DNA of 64,000 nt from a virus. Taxonomy: Duplodnaviria > Heunggongvirae > Uroviricota > Caudoviricetes. Positions 36,818 through 45,748 of the stretch are shown one piece after another. The notes under the pieces were generated by a model. The model had not been told where the DNA came from, did not search any database, and saw nothing but the letters and a program-made list of their open reading frames with translations. The stretch's first letter is position 1. Each line of letters begins with the position of its first letter. The translations under genes were made by a program, and so were the position numbers. The DNA lies in the IMG/VR virus record IMGVR_UViG_3300046533_000211, positions 33,220 to 97,219 of that record; one strand, written 5' to 3'.

Positions 36818-37272
36818 GGCAGCGGATCACTACCGACCTGGGCCGAGGCCTTCAGCAGCGTGGAGTGATGCGCGTCGTCCACCATCGCCAGGTAGTTGGC
36901 GGCGACGACACTGGCACGGCAGCGGGTGGTGTCGTCCCGGTTCTGCACCACCACCCGGTATTCCGCGTCCCTGGTGAGCGCCATCCCGTTCGCGATCCGG
37001 GCCAGATCCTCAGCCTTCTTGGTGACCGCCTCGACAGCGTCCGGGCTGTGCAGGATTCGATGCACGTCAGCTGCTGAGATCTGGATCGAGTTCTCCTGGC
37101 CGCCATCCCCGGAACCGAGGGAGATCTTCCCCGCCGTCCTGGCACCCAGCGCAGCCATCCTGGATGCCGAAGCCGACTCACCTGCCCCGGCAGCAGTGGC
37201 AGCGGTGGCACCCTCAGCCGCTACCGCGCCGCCCTCAACCGCCTCGATGACGAGGGGGATCGCCATGGCCAT
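36814..37272 (-). CDS. head-tail joining protein
   Basis: 152-aa ORF. Confidence 0.5.
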   Translation of the reverse strand: MAMAIPLVIEAVEGGAVAAEGATAATAAGAGESASASRMAALGARTAGKISLGSGDGGQENSIQISAADVHRILHSPDAVEAVTKKAEDLARIANGMALTRDAEYRVVVQNRDDTTRCRASVVAANYLAMVDDAHHSTLLKASAQVGSDPLP

Positions 37273-37278
37273 GTGGTC

Positions 37279-37365
37279 ACCTCCGAACGAACGGCACCAG
37301 GTTCAGCAGCAGGATGATGATGACGAGCACCAGGATGATGATCTGGATGATGTCGGGGGTCATTA
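37279..37365 (-). CDS. tiny hydrophobic peptide (28 aa, MTPDIIQIIILVLVIIILLLNLVPFVRR)
   Basis: ATG with clean hydrophobic run; below ORF-track cutoff. Confidence 0.3.
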
Positions 37366-37770
37366 GGTCACTCGTTTCAGGTTGACGGTTCCGCCGAAGC
37401 CTAGGGCCTTGTACACGGACGGGCCAAGGTGTCCTCGGGTGTCGTCGGCAGGATCACCGTCCACGACGTAGGCAGTGCCACCGAGGTAGTTTCCTTGCTC
37501 GTCCTCCTCGCCGTAGATCAGCACCTGGTCCTGGTCCTGGTAAGGCGATACGTCCGAGCATGCCATCAGGACCATCGTCGCGGCCCTCTGTTGACTCTCG
37601 GTGCTGGTGGTCGCCTGCGAAGCCCCGCCGCCCTTCTGGGCCAGCTCCTGACAGGTGCGGATCACCGGGGGCAGCGGGCGCAGCGGGTGGTTCCCGTTGC
37701 GGTCGGTCACCGCCATGTCCACCCTGCGCGGGATGTGGCAGACCTTGTACGGCTCCTGAAACAGGCTCAT
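37363..37770 (-). CDS. head-tail connector complex protein
   Basis: ATG (MSLFQEPYKV) at 37770 within ORF 37363-38118. Confidence 0.5.
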   Translation of the reverse strand: MSLFQEPYKVCHIPRRVDMAVTDRNGNHPLRPLPPVIRTCQELAQKGGGASQATTSTESQQRAATMVLMACSDVSPYQDQDQVLIYGEEDEQGNYLGGTAYVVDGDPADDTRGHLGPSVYKALGFGGTVNLKRVT

Positions 37771-38396
37771 GCGAACTGGCCACCCAGCCGGTAGTTGTCC
37801 ATGATGTGCATCTGCTCGTCGGAGAAGTTCATCCCCGCCTTCACCGCATCGGCGAAGGTCGTACTGTACTGCGGCGACTGGATCGTCTTGACCCCGGAGA
37901 TCAGCCCCTTGGTCGCCCCGGTGGAGTGGGCCAGCTCGAAGGCGATCTGCTTGATGTTGGTCGGCAGTGTCTCGTAGCCGTGGGTCATCGTCACGTCCAC
38001 CATCAGCGAGGCGTAGTTCGGCTGGTAGTACGGGGCGTCCGGGCCGAAGTAGGCCCCCGGCCAGCCCCAGCCCCAGCTCGACAGATGAAGGCGCTCGATC
38101 CAGCCCCCCTCGAACCACGCATAGGTGTCCGGGTCGAGCACCACCACCTCGTCGTCCGGGTTGAGATTGTGGATCTTCACCTCGGCCACATCAGTCACGT
38201 AGCGCGAGGGCAACATCACGATGCCCTTCGATCCGACATGAAGCTGAGGCTTGGTCTGGGTGAGCGACGGGGAGATGTGCCAGCCGCAGTAATCGCGGAT
38301 CGCATCGCAGGCAACCTCAAGCAGGTACGCCTCGTCACCATCCTTGAACTTCTGGTAATCAGGGTCCTCGATGGTGACGAGAGGTGGAACGGTCAC
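37767..38396 (-). CDS. head-tail adaptor/connector protein
   Basis: 209-aa ORF downstream of capsid gene. Confidence 0.6.
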   Translation of the reverse strand: MTVPPLVTIEDPDYQKFKDGDEAYLLEVACDAIRDYCGWHISPSLTQTKPQLHVGSKGIVMLPSRYVTDVAEVKIHNLNPDDEVVVLDPDTYAWFEGGWIERLHLSSWGWGWPGAYFGPDAPYYQPNYASLMVDVTMTHGYETLPTNIKQIAFELAHSTGATKGLISGVKTIQSPQYSTTFADAVKAGMNFSDEQMHIMDNYRLGGQFA

Positions 38397-38405
38397 GCCG
38401 ACCTC

Positions 38406-39005
38406 CTAGGCAGTGTTCTCCCGTGCCTCGGTGACCAGCTCGACCAGCTCAGCCTTGCGGGCGTACTTCTCGTACTCGACACCGGCCTGGTCCAGCTCGG
38501 CCTGAAGCTCGGGGACGGTCAGGCGGTTGGGGTCATCCTCGTCACCCTCCTCGCCCTCGTCCTCGTTCTCCTCCTCGTCAGGCTCGGCTTCGGCTTCTGG
38601 CTCACCCTTGGCCTCAGCCTCGTCTTCGTCGCCATCGGGCAGGTCGTCCTCGCCCTCCAGCCCGCCATCGGGTTCCGGCACCTTGACCTCGCGGCCCGTG
38701 GTGTCATCACCGGAGCCAGCGGCCCCGGCGTCGATGTTGGCCTGCTTCGCAGCCTCAGCCTCGGCCTCGACGGCTGCCGCATGGTCCTCCTCGCCGTCCT
38801 TGCCCTTGCGCAGGCTGCCAGAGGCAGGCGGGCGGGGCACAGCCTGCCCTGCTTGGGCCGACCCTGCCGGGGCGTAGTCGGCATCGACATCGGCGAGCCG
38901 ACCGTGGACGGCCTGGGACTCATCAGGACCCAGGACGTAGGGCGGGAAGTTGTGCGGATCAATTGCGGTAGCCGAGGGGGCTTCGCTTTCACGTGTCTTG
39001 GCCAT
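38406..39005 (-). CDS. acidic (Glu/Asp/Ala-rich) protein with C-terminal Rho-N/SAP-like helix-extension-helix motif
   Basis: ...LTVPELQAELDQAGVEYEKYARKAELVELV at C-terminus; located between capsid and connector genes. Confidence 0.55.
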   Translation of the reverse strand: MAKTRESEAPSATAIDPHNFPPYVLGPDESQAVHGRLADVDADYAPAGSAQAGQAVPRPPASGSLRKGKDGEEDHAAAVEAEAEAAKQANIDAGAAGSGDDTTGREVKVPEPDGGLEGEDDLPDGDEDEAEAKGEPEAEAEPDEEENEDEGEEGDEDDPNRLTVPELQAELDQAGVEYEKYARKAELVELVTEARENTA

Positions 39006-39113
39006 GGCTCACATTCTGTGTCATCCACACGGATTCCGTGGCAACGCCACGCGCATGAAAACGCGCTGGCCGCCTCTTGGGCAGGACCAGCGCGCCTTCG
39101 ATCTCGGGTCAGC

Positions 39114-40556
39114 TCACCAGACTGGAGCCGTCAGACCGGTGACCTTGACCACCGACTGCGGGTACCGGGCTGCGCTGAACGCGAGGTAGTTGTAGATCTG
39201 CAGGATGACCGTGAGCGTCTGAGCCTTGGTCTCGGGCAGCACGCGGGCGCGGATGCCACCCTCCCACAGCACGATGTCGCTGGACCGCAGGACCAGAACC
39301 GGGTCCTCCGTTCCGGCTCCAGCAGTGACGGGCAGGTTGGGATCGGTCACGACCGGCAGCCCCTGGATGTTGCCGACCACCTGTTGGGACGCCACATCGC
39401 TGACCACACCGGCCACGTTCATGGGTCCGTTCGCGGTGCCCAGCACCAGCGGGCGCTGTTGGGTGTCGAGCAGGCTGGTGAACCAGCCCCACCGACGCGG
39501 GTGCATCACGATCACGTCAGGCGGCAGGAACCGCGTCACGTGAACGGTCTGGATCGCGTTGGCGATGGCCGAGTAGAAGCCCTTGATGTCGACCGTCGCA
39601 GCTGCCACGCTGCCGATTCCCGGCGTCGCGAGGATGCCGAGGATCTGTCCCGTGAGGCCGGTGCCACCGATGACCTGGTTGTCGGTCTTGGCGGCATGGT
39701 CGGCAGTGAGGTCACGGAACACCACATCATCGAACGCGATGGGTGACTGGTCGATCAGCTGGATCGCAAGCGACTGCTGACCGGCGATGGTCCGCACCGG
39801 GGCGTTGATGAAGGTGTCCGTCAGATCCACCTGCGACACGGCCTGGTTGTCGGCGGTCTGGACGCCGACTGCCGTGCCCGTGAGCAGCTTCGGGATGTTG
39901 ATGGAGTCCGTGCCACCCGGCAGCGGCTGGCGCTGCACCAGGTTGGCCAGAGCACGGCCCGGACGGGCCAGCTCCACGTACTGGGACATCAGCCACGCGG
40001 GCGGTACCGCGTAGCCACCGGAGCCGTCGACCCTGCTCAGGTCACGGAACTCCTTGTAGTCGTCGCTGGTGGCGACATCCTGTGCGTGCCGGAACAGCCG
40101 GTCGCGGGCGGTGCCATCCTGGTCCAGGTTCATCGAGTGCTTGATGAGGTCCTGCATGTAGGAACGACGCGGGTCGCCCTTCTGATAGATGGCCTTCTCC
40201 TTGACGCGGGCAATCGCACCCTCGGCAGAGCGGATGCGGGCCAGCGAGTTGCTGATCTGGCCGCTGCGCTCTACCTCGGCACGGACCTCCTCGATCCGCT
40301 CTTCGAGGCCCTTGATCTCGTCACCGATCTTCGCCATGTCGGCGGTGTAGCGACGGAACTCGGTGTCCTCCTCGGACTCCAGGGTGTCCCGGCCAGCGCC
40401 GCGCGCCTCCATGAGCACGGCCTCGGCCTTGCCCTTGAGTTCGTCACGGTCACGTACCAGCTTGGTGTGCCGCTTGAGCAGCCGACCAAGGTACTCATCC
40501 ATCCCACCGGCAGGCTCCATCTGGACGCCGGGTGGGCTTTCGTCGATAGTTGTCAT
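39114..40556 (-). CDS. major capsid protein (HK97 fold) with N-terminal coiled-coil delta/scaffold-like domain
   Basis: 480 aa from ATG at 40556 (MTTIDES...); about 110-aa charged coiled-coil N-terminus then capsid-like body. Confidence 0.75.
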   Translation of the reverse strand: MTTIDESPPGVQMEPAGGMDEYLGRLLKRHTKLVRDRDELKGKAEAVLMEARGAGRDTLESEEDTEFRRYTADMAKIGDEIKGLEERIEEVRAEVERSGQISNSLARIRSAEGAIARVKEKAIYQKGDPRRSYMQDLIKHSMNLDQDGTARDRLFRHAQDVATSDDYKEFRDLSRVDGSGGYAVPPAWLMSQYVELARPGRALANLVQRQPLPGGTDSINIPKLLTGTAVGVQTADNQAVSQVDLTDTFINAPVRTIAGQQSLAIQLIDQSPIAFDDVVFRDLTADHAAKTDNQVIGGTGLTGQILGILATPGIGSVAAATVDIKGFYSAIANAIQTVHVTRFLPPDVIVMHPRRWGWFTSLLDTQQRPLVLGTANGPMNVAGVVSDVASQQVVGNIQGLPVVTDPNLPVTAGAGTEDPVLVLRSSDIVLWEGGIRARVLPETKAQTLTVILQIYNYLAFSAARYPQSVVKVTGLTAPVW

Positions 40557-40739
40557 CGCTGACTCGATTCGGATCGGTGCCCAGTGGGCACGGGCTAGTT
40601 GCGAATCGGCCATCCCGTGCCGGGGTGTCCTCGATGCCGAATCGGCTCCCAGTGCCAGGGCTACCAAGTCAGATCTGGAGAGATCGTTGCCCCGGCGCGG
40701 CACCCTGTCAAGACGACACGCGCTGGATACCCTTCCGAC
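40557..40739. promoter_or_regulatory. divergent regulatory region between capsid and MTase genes with three about 23-bp direct repeats (GAATCGG.TCCCAGTGCC-like) and 15-bp palindrome GTGCCCAGTGGGCAC
   Basis: Repeats read at about 40566, 40603, 40639; palindrome 40580-40594. Confidence 0.45.
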
Positions 40740-41429
40740 ATGGTGATTCGGCAGTACGTGGACAAGCTGGAGGGCGACGACTTCCTGCATGCCCAGGCGA
40801 TGGCATGGCGCGACATCCGCGAGTTCATGGAGGAGGACATCATGCCGCTGGTTGCTCAGGCACCAGGCGGCTCTGTGAACGGGCCAGGGTCCAGCCTGGG
40901 TTGCACGGAACCTGTCGTCGCACAGCTGCCCGCACTGCTGCATCGCTACGACGTGAAGACGATGCTCGACGTGGGCTGTGGTGACTGGACCTGGATGCGC
41001 CACGTGGACCTGACCGGGATCGACTACACCGGATGGGACGTGGACATCACCCAGGTCAGTCGTAACCGGAGCAAGTTCCCCGCACACCGGTTCGACTCCG
41101 AGAACATCCTGACCGTGGAGGACATGCCGCGCTACGACGTGATCCTCTGCCGCGATGTGCTGGCTCACCTGCCCACCGAGCACATCCTGGCCGCACTGGC
41201 GAAGTTCAAGGCCAGCGGCTGCCGCTACCTGCTGGCGAGCACCTACCCAGGAGCCGACAACGCCTTCGACTACCGGCCCGAGCACTATGCCTGGCTCGGC
41301 TACTGCGAGCACCCGGTGGACCTCCAGGAACGCCCGTTCGCACTGGCCGAGATCGAGTGCATCGAGGAGACACCTGGACCAGGGGGCGTGATCGCACTCC
41401 CGCACGAACTCGGGCTGTTCCGGCTATGA
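40740..41429 (+). CDS. class I SAM-dependent methyltransferase
   Basis: LDVGCGDW motif I; ATG 40740 within TTG-initiated ORF 40599-41429. Confidence 0.7.
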   Translation: MVIRQYVDKLEGDDFLHAQAMAWRDIREFMEEDIMPLVAQAPGGSVNGPGSSLGCTEPVVAQLPALLHRYDVKTMLDVGCGDWTWMRHVDLTGIDYTGWDVDITQVSRNRSKFPAHRFDSENILTVEDMPRYDVILCRDVLAHLPTEHILAALAKFKASGCRYLLASTYPGADNAFDYRPEHYAWLGYCEHPVDLQERPFALAEIECIEETPGPGGVIALPHELGLFRL

Positions 41430-42340
41430 CCAGCACCGAGCAGCTCGCGAACTTCACGGTGAACTACGGCGCATTCGGCACCCGTGCAGATGCCAACGCC
41501 AACGGCAAGGCCGACGAGGTTCCCCTGCACGGCACGGCAGCCTTCATCGCCCAGCTGGACCGGCCAGCCCAGGCACCGACCTACGTGCCACCGGCAGGGG
41601 TGGACCTGGGCACCGTGGTGGGCTGCATCGACTCGGATGGCCTACTCAAGGACAAGGCAGGCGGCACGGTGGGCCTGCGGCTTCCTGCGAACGACCCGAT
41701 CCTGGCACTGGAGTCGCTCCCGTACCGGGTCAGCTTCAATCTGTTCGACCCCACCGGCAAGCACGTGGACTGGCCCGACACCACCTTCCTCGCCCCCGTG
41801 GATGACTCGCCTGTGGAGCTGAGCACGGCCATGCCCGTGCCTGGAGCCGTGGGTGTGGGCATCACTCGCGGGCAGGATGGCGCTCCCGTAGACGACGTAC
41901 AGCTCGACCCGAACGGCAATCTGGTGTTCTACGTGCAGGGTGTGCCCATCGGCCAGCCCATCGCGATCCCCGCAGGCGCAGGCGGCGGCCTGGTGGGGGC
42001 AGCCATCGAATACAACTACAGCAACGCCATCATCCCCGCCCCGAATGGTAACCAGTTCCGACTCAACAGCCTGGACATGACAGCCGTCACCGAGGGTTAC
42101 TTCCACGTCACCGCCGCCAACGGGTCCGATGTCACCCACGTCCTCGATATGTTCAAGGCGGGCGGTCGGTTCCTGCTCCAGGATCACAACGACAGCAGCA
42201 AGTACGCCGTGTTCGATGTCACCGGGCCGCCCCAGCTCGGCGCAGCCTTCCGCATCCTGCTGCTGGCCTGGGTTGAAGGTCCGGGCAGCTTCAACAACAG
42301 CCAGAAGACGATGATGATCATCGCCAAGTTCAGTGCATGA
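41426..42340 (+). CDS. hypothetical beta-rich protein (304 aa; possible structural/decoration protein)
   Basis: ATGA-coupled to MTase stop. Confidence 0.6.
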   Translation: MTSTEQLANFTVNYGAFGTRADANANGKADEVPLHGTAAFIAQLDRPAQAPTYVPPAGVDLGTVVGCIDSDGLLKDKAGGTVGLRLPANDPILALESLPYRVSFNLFDPTGKHVDWPDTTFLAPVDDSPVELSTAMPVPGAVGVGITRGQDGAPVDDVQLDPNGNLVFYVQGVPIGQPIAIPAGAGGGLVGAAIEYNYSNAIIPAPNGNQFRLNSLDMTAVTEGYFHVTAANGSDVTHVLDMFKAGGRFLLQDHNDSSKYAVFDVTGPPQLGAAFRILLLAWVEGPGSFNNSQKTMMIIAKFSA

Positions 42341-42471
42341 TGGCCGACCGGGACATCGAGCAGATCGCCGACGAGGACATGCGCTGCTCGGACTGCGGGA
42401 CGATCATCCGCTGGCCCCAGGAGCTGACCGTGGGGATCTGCCAGCACTGCCAGCCGTTCCACCAGGAGTGA
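42337..42471 (+). CDS. zinc-ribbon peptide (44 aa, CSDCG...CQHC)
   Basis: ATGATG at 42337 coupled to upstream gene; followed by A-rich gap. Confidence 0.4.
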   Translation: MMADRDIEQIADEDMRCSDCGTIIRWPQELTVGICQHCQPFHQE

Positions 42472-42524
42472 ACAAAAAACTTTCGGCGTGTTTCGGCGCG
42501 CCTGCTTGACAGCGGTAACGGCAA

Positions 42525-42713
42525 TCAGCTGGAGCAGTGACGGTCAGTGTGCTCGATGACGAAGGCAGCCATCGCTGTCGCATCACCAGCGCACGTCGCA
42601 CCGCAGTCATCGCAGGTCAGCAGGCTGTCAGTCGGGTGGACATTGACCTCGATCTCGGCCTTCTTCTCGCCACCGGGGAAGTGCGCCGTCAGCTTCCCCC
42701 TGCGGCGGCTCAT
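42525..42713 (-). CDS. small Cys-rich protein (62 aa)
   Basis: ORF. Confidence 0.45.
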   Translation of the reverse strand: MSRRRGKLTAHFPGGEKKAEIEVNVHPTDSLLTCDDCGATCAGDATAMAAFVIEHTDRHCSS

Positions 42714-42886
42714 GCGCGAGCCGCCCGCTCAGTGATCAGCTGCTCCACCTGGCGCTTGTAGTACGCCACCTCGGAGCGGCCCAGCCCGGTCACCACAGGC
42801 CTGGCCTGGTCACTGCGGAACACCGCCCAGCTGTAGAGGTCATCGCCTCCGTATTTGCGGGCTGTGACCTTGATCTTGCGCGCCAT
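42710..42886 (-). CDS. small protein (58 aa; MARKIKVTARKYGGDDLYSWAVF...)
   Basis: ATG at 42886 within ORF 42710-42946. Confidence 0.5.
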   Translation of the reverse strand: MARKIKVTARKYGGDDLYSWAVFRSDQARPVVTGLGRSEVAYYKRQVEQLITERAARA

Positions 42887-43047
42887 CAGATGTTCCTCAG
42901 CAGCGGCGGGACGCCGTGCTTGACGAACGCATGGTGGGTGTCGCACTCGGTGTAGTCAGAGCCGACCGTGCGGCCCAGCCGACAGCCGAGCCTCACGCTG
43001 TGCTCCGCGTTGAACCGATCCACGTCGGTGCCGTAATCCTGGGCTGG
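42886..43047 (-). CDS. possible small protein (GTG start, about 52 aa)
   Basis: Coupled stop/start with downstream gene; below cutoff. Confidence 0.25.
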   Translation of the reverse strand, partial: PAQDYGTDVDRFNAEHSVRLGCRLGRTVGSDYTECDTHHAFVKHGVPPLLRNI

Positions 43048-43135
43048 TTGTGTGGTCACGATGTCTCCTCAATGGTGGGGTCGTCTGGGCAGTCGAAAGC
43101 ATGGCAGTCCTGTGGCCATCCACAGGTGGGGCAGG

Positions 43136-43360
43136 TCATCGGACCTCGATCCAGCACAGCGACCCATCATCCATAAGGGTGCTGGCGATCTCAGCCGCCA
43201 CCGCCTTGGTGCCCCACACAGAGGGCCGCACGCCGTTGAAGGACAGGAACGCCTGCCCCTGCTGGACGCCGAACCCACGGCCCTGGAAGTGGGCCAGCTT
43301 GCCATCCTCGACCCAGGAGATCTGGGCGATGTTGGCAGCCTTGCGGGTGGTGGTGGTCAT
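43136..43360 (-). CDS. hypothetical protein (74 aa, MTTTTRK...)
   Basis: GGAGGAGAC RBS upstream. Confidence 0.55.
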   Translation of the reverse strand: MTTTTRKAANIAQISWVEDGKLAHFQGRGFGVQQGQAFLSFNGVRPSVWGTKAVAAEIASTLMDDGSLCWIEVR

Positions 43361-43454
43361 GGTGTCTCCTCGGAGGAAGTGGACCGGCCTGGTGCCGATC
43401 TGATGATGACCCTAGCATAGATGCTAGTGGGGTGTCTATTACCCCAGACGGCAA

Positions 43455-43495
43455 GAGGCCCCCGGACGCTGCGCCATGCAGGTCTCCGGGGGCCT
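43455..43495. terminator. terminator hairpin (stem GAGGCCCCCGGA/TCCGGGGGCCTC), second copy of the 8617-8656 element
   Basis: 27-nt core CCCCGGACGCTGCGCCATGCAGGTCTCCGGGG identical at both sites; 13 nt after stop of 43508-44176. Confidence 0.6.
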
Positions 43496-43507
43496 CTGCT
43501 CAAGGGG

Positions 43508-44176
43508 TCAGGCCACCTCCTCCTCGGTCTCGATCCTGACCGCCTTGACGTGGGACAGGACAGTCTGCTCCTGGCCATTCCACTCAGCATGTTCCTTGAC
43601 CTTCCCGGTCAGGGTGGCCTGGTCGCCGCGCTCCAGACCGAACAGGCTCTCGCTGGAGCCGAACACCTTGACGACCTGGCCAGAGGTGGTCTCGGCGATG
43701 ATGAACATGGAGCTGGAGCGGTTCCAGCTGCCCGAGATGTACTTGGCAACCTTGATGGTGACGGCCAGGTCAGTGACCTTGGTGCCCTCCTCAGCAATGA
43801 AGCCCTGGACCAGGCTGGCGATGCGAGCAGCCTCAGCGGCACGCTCCTCAACGATGCGGGCCTGGTCAGCATGGAAGGCCGACTCGGCGTTCAGCCAGTT
43901 GCGGAGGGCCACGTGCTCAGCGATCTCAGCAGCGAAGTCCACACGGTAGGCAGCCTCACGGGCATGCTTGCGCACGGTGTTGACGGTCACGTTCTGGCGG
44001 CCATTGCCACCACACTGGAAGCAGACGCCGTTGTGGACCCACACGAAGCAGGTGTAGCCAGTGCCACCACAGCGACCGCAGTCAGTGGTGGTGAGGTCCT
44101 TGCCGGTCTTACCTGGGCAGGGATCGACGTAGCTGATAAGGGTGCGCTTGCCAAGAAGGCCGGTGTAGGTGGTCAT
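43508..44176 (-). CDS. protein with DnaJ-type CxxCxGxG zinc-finger pair and C-terminal OB-fold-like domain
   Basis: CGRCGGTG and CFQCGGNG motifs; ATG 44176 with GGAG RBS in conserved leader. Confidence 0.65.
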   Translation of the reverse strand: MTTYTGLLGKRTLISYVDPCPGKTGKDLTTTDCGRCGGTGYTCFVWVHNGVCFQCGGNGRQNVTVNTVRKHAREAAYRVDFAAEIAEHVALRNWLNAESAFHADQARIVEERAAEAARIASLVQGFIAEEGTKVTDLAVTIKVAKYISGSWNRSSSMFIIAETTSGQVVKVFGSSESLFGLERGDQATLTGKVKEHAEWNGQEQTVLSHVKAVRIETEEEVA

Positions 44177-44252
44177 GTGAACTCCTGAGGTCATGCCCTG
44201 GCCTCTTGCCTGGGCGTGACACCAGCATATGTTACCCCGCTAGCAATTGCAA
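44177..44252 (-). promoter_or_regulatory. promoter (-35 TTGCAA 44247-44252, 17-bp spacer, -10 TATGCT 44224-44229) plus about 40-nt conserved leader
   Basis: Minus-strand reading; leader core GCCCTGGCCTCTTGCCTGGGCGT identical to 47303-47325. Confidence 0.55.
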
Positions 44253-44280
44253 GCTCACGTAGCGGCTCGCTCCTTCAGCG

Positions 44281-44382
44281 CCCCAGCAGGGCTACAGCAG
44301 CCACGACGACACCTGAGAACACCAGGACCAGGACCAGGATTCCGAGCAGCAGCAGCCAGGGGAACGGCCCCTGCGATCCCAT
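44281..44382 (-). CDS. tiny membrane peptide (about 33 aa, GPFPWLLLLGILVLVLVFSGVVVAAVALLG)
   Basis: ATG at 44382; single hydrophobic span; below cutoff. Confidence 0.3.
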
Positions 44383-44385
44383 GGA

Positions 44386-44583
44386 CTACCCCGACTCGGT
44401 GGGCGGCAAGGTGTACATCACGTCATCGAGCCTGTTCTCGGCGGCATACAGCGCAGCCTGCTGGGCCTTGGCCGCTTCCTCGGTCGGGTGGCAGCCCGCA
44501 AGCCGATCTCCACTGGTCCCACCCACCACCCCGTAGGGCTTACTCGCTGGGCACCGGGCGTCCTTCTTGATGTTCCACGGCAT
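44386..44583 (-). CDS. hypothetical protein (65 aa)
   Basis: ORF. Confidence 0.5.
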   Translation of the reverse strand: MPWNIKKDARCPASKPYGVVGGTSGDRLAGCHPTEEAAKAQQAALYAAENRLDDVMYTLPPTESG

Positions 44584-44624
44584 GGCGATCAGTGTGGCAT
44601 GGCGCTACGCATTAACCTCGCAGG

Positions 44625-45194
44625 ATGAAGGTTGCCGACCTGGGCCGTGTCGAGAAGATCCCGATCAAGGACATCAAGCCGTACGAGAAGAACCCGCGCA
44701 AGATCCCCGAGCGGGCCATCCAGATCGTCGCTGAATCGCTGAAGCGGTTCGGGTGGCAGCAGCCCATCATCGTGGACAAGGAGCACGTCCTGATCGCAGG
44801 GCACACGCGGCTCCTGGCAGCCAGGCTGATCGGTGAGGAGATCGCTCCGGTGATCGTGGCCACCAAGCTGACCGAGGAGGAGTGCCGCGCCTACCGCATC
44901 GCCGACAACCGGACCCACGACTTCAGTGCCTGGGACTACCCGGAGCTGCTGAACCAGCTCGACCTGCTGGCAGGTGACTTCGCCGACGTGCTCGGGATCG
45001 CAGACTGGCAGAAGATCCTGGAGGAGTTCAAGGAGGGGGCCGGGGACGGCGGTGAGGGCCTGGGCAGCTCCGACCCACTGCCGGGGTTCCGTGTCTCGGT
45101 GGTGTTCGTCAGCAAGGAAGCAGCCGAGGCAGCGGAGCAGGAGCTGCTCGCCCTGGCAGGCATCATCGACGTGCCGATCCTGGGTACGACGTGA
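44625..45194 (+). CDS. ParB/Srx-like nuclease-domain protein
   Basis: ParB N-terminal domain motifs (KNPRKIPE..., GHTRLLAA). Confidence 0.7.
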   Translation: MKVADLGRVEKIPIKDIKPYEKNPRKIPERAIQIVAESLKRFGWQQPIIVDKEHVLIAGHTRLLAARLIGEEIAPVIVATKLTEEECRAYRIADNRTHDFSAWDYPELLNQLDLLAGDFADVLGIADWQKILEEFKEGAGDGGEGLGSSDPLPGFRVSVVFVSKEAAEAAEQELLALAGIIDVPILGTT

Positions 45195-45748
45195 AGCCGT
45201 CAGATCTGGGGCCGGTCCAGCTGATGGAGCTGTCCACCGTGCGCCCCTTCCCGACGAACCCCAGGATCATCCCCGACAAGGCAGTGGACATCGTCGCAGA
45301 GTCGATCAGACTGTTCGGCTGGCAGCAGCCGCTGGTGGTGGACACCGAGATGGTGCTCGTCGCCGGTCACACGCGGCTGCTGGCGGCGCGCAAGCTGGGC
45401 CTCAGGAAGGCACCCGTGGTCATTGCCGAGTCGCTTACCCAGGCTGAGATCGACGCCTACCGGATCGCGGACAACCGCACCCATGACTTCACCAGCTGGG
45501 ACTACGACGGCCTCAAGGGCGAGCTAGGCGAGCTGGATGAGCGGTTCGATGACGTGCTGGCAGTGGATGAGTGGCCAGACATCCCCGACGAGGAGGACTT
45601 CAACCTGGACATCCCCGATGACGTGCGGGCCGATGCCGAGGGTGGCTTCATCGTGGTGCTGACCTTCGAGGACAAGAAGGCGGCAGCCGCTGTCCAGCAG
45701 GACATCCTCGGTATCGAGGGGGTGCTCGATGTCCGGTACCGGCGCTGA
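45191..45748 (+). CDS. ParB/Srx-like nuclease-domain protein (tandem paralog)
   Basis: Same motifs (TNPRIIPD..., GHTRLLAARKLG); ATGA-coupled. Confidence 0.7.
   Translation: MKPSDLGPVQLMELSTVRPFPTNPRIIPDKAVDIVAESIRLFGWQQPLVVDTEMVLVAGHTRLLAARKLGLRKAPVVIAESLTQAEIDAYRIADNRTHDFTSWDYDGLKGELGELDERFDDVLAVDEWPDIPDEEDFNLDIPDDVRADAEGGFIVVLTFEDKKAAAAVQQDILGIEGVLDVRYRR

Noticed and set aside
42472-42524. A-rich gap (AACAAAAAAC) after zinc-ribbon gene as terminator
   Set aside because: No convincing stem-loop precedes the A/T run. It may be a convergent-transcription spacer, but I could not support a hairpin.
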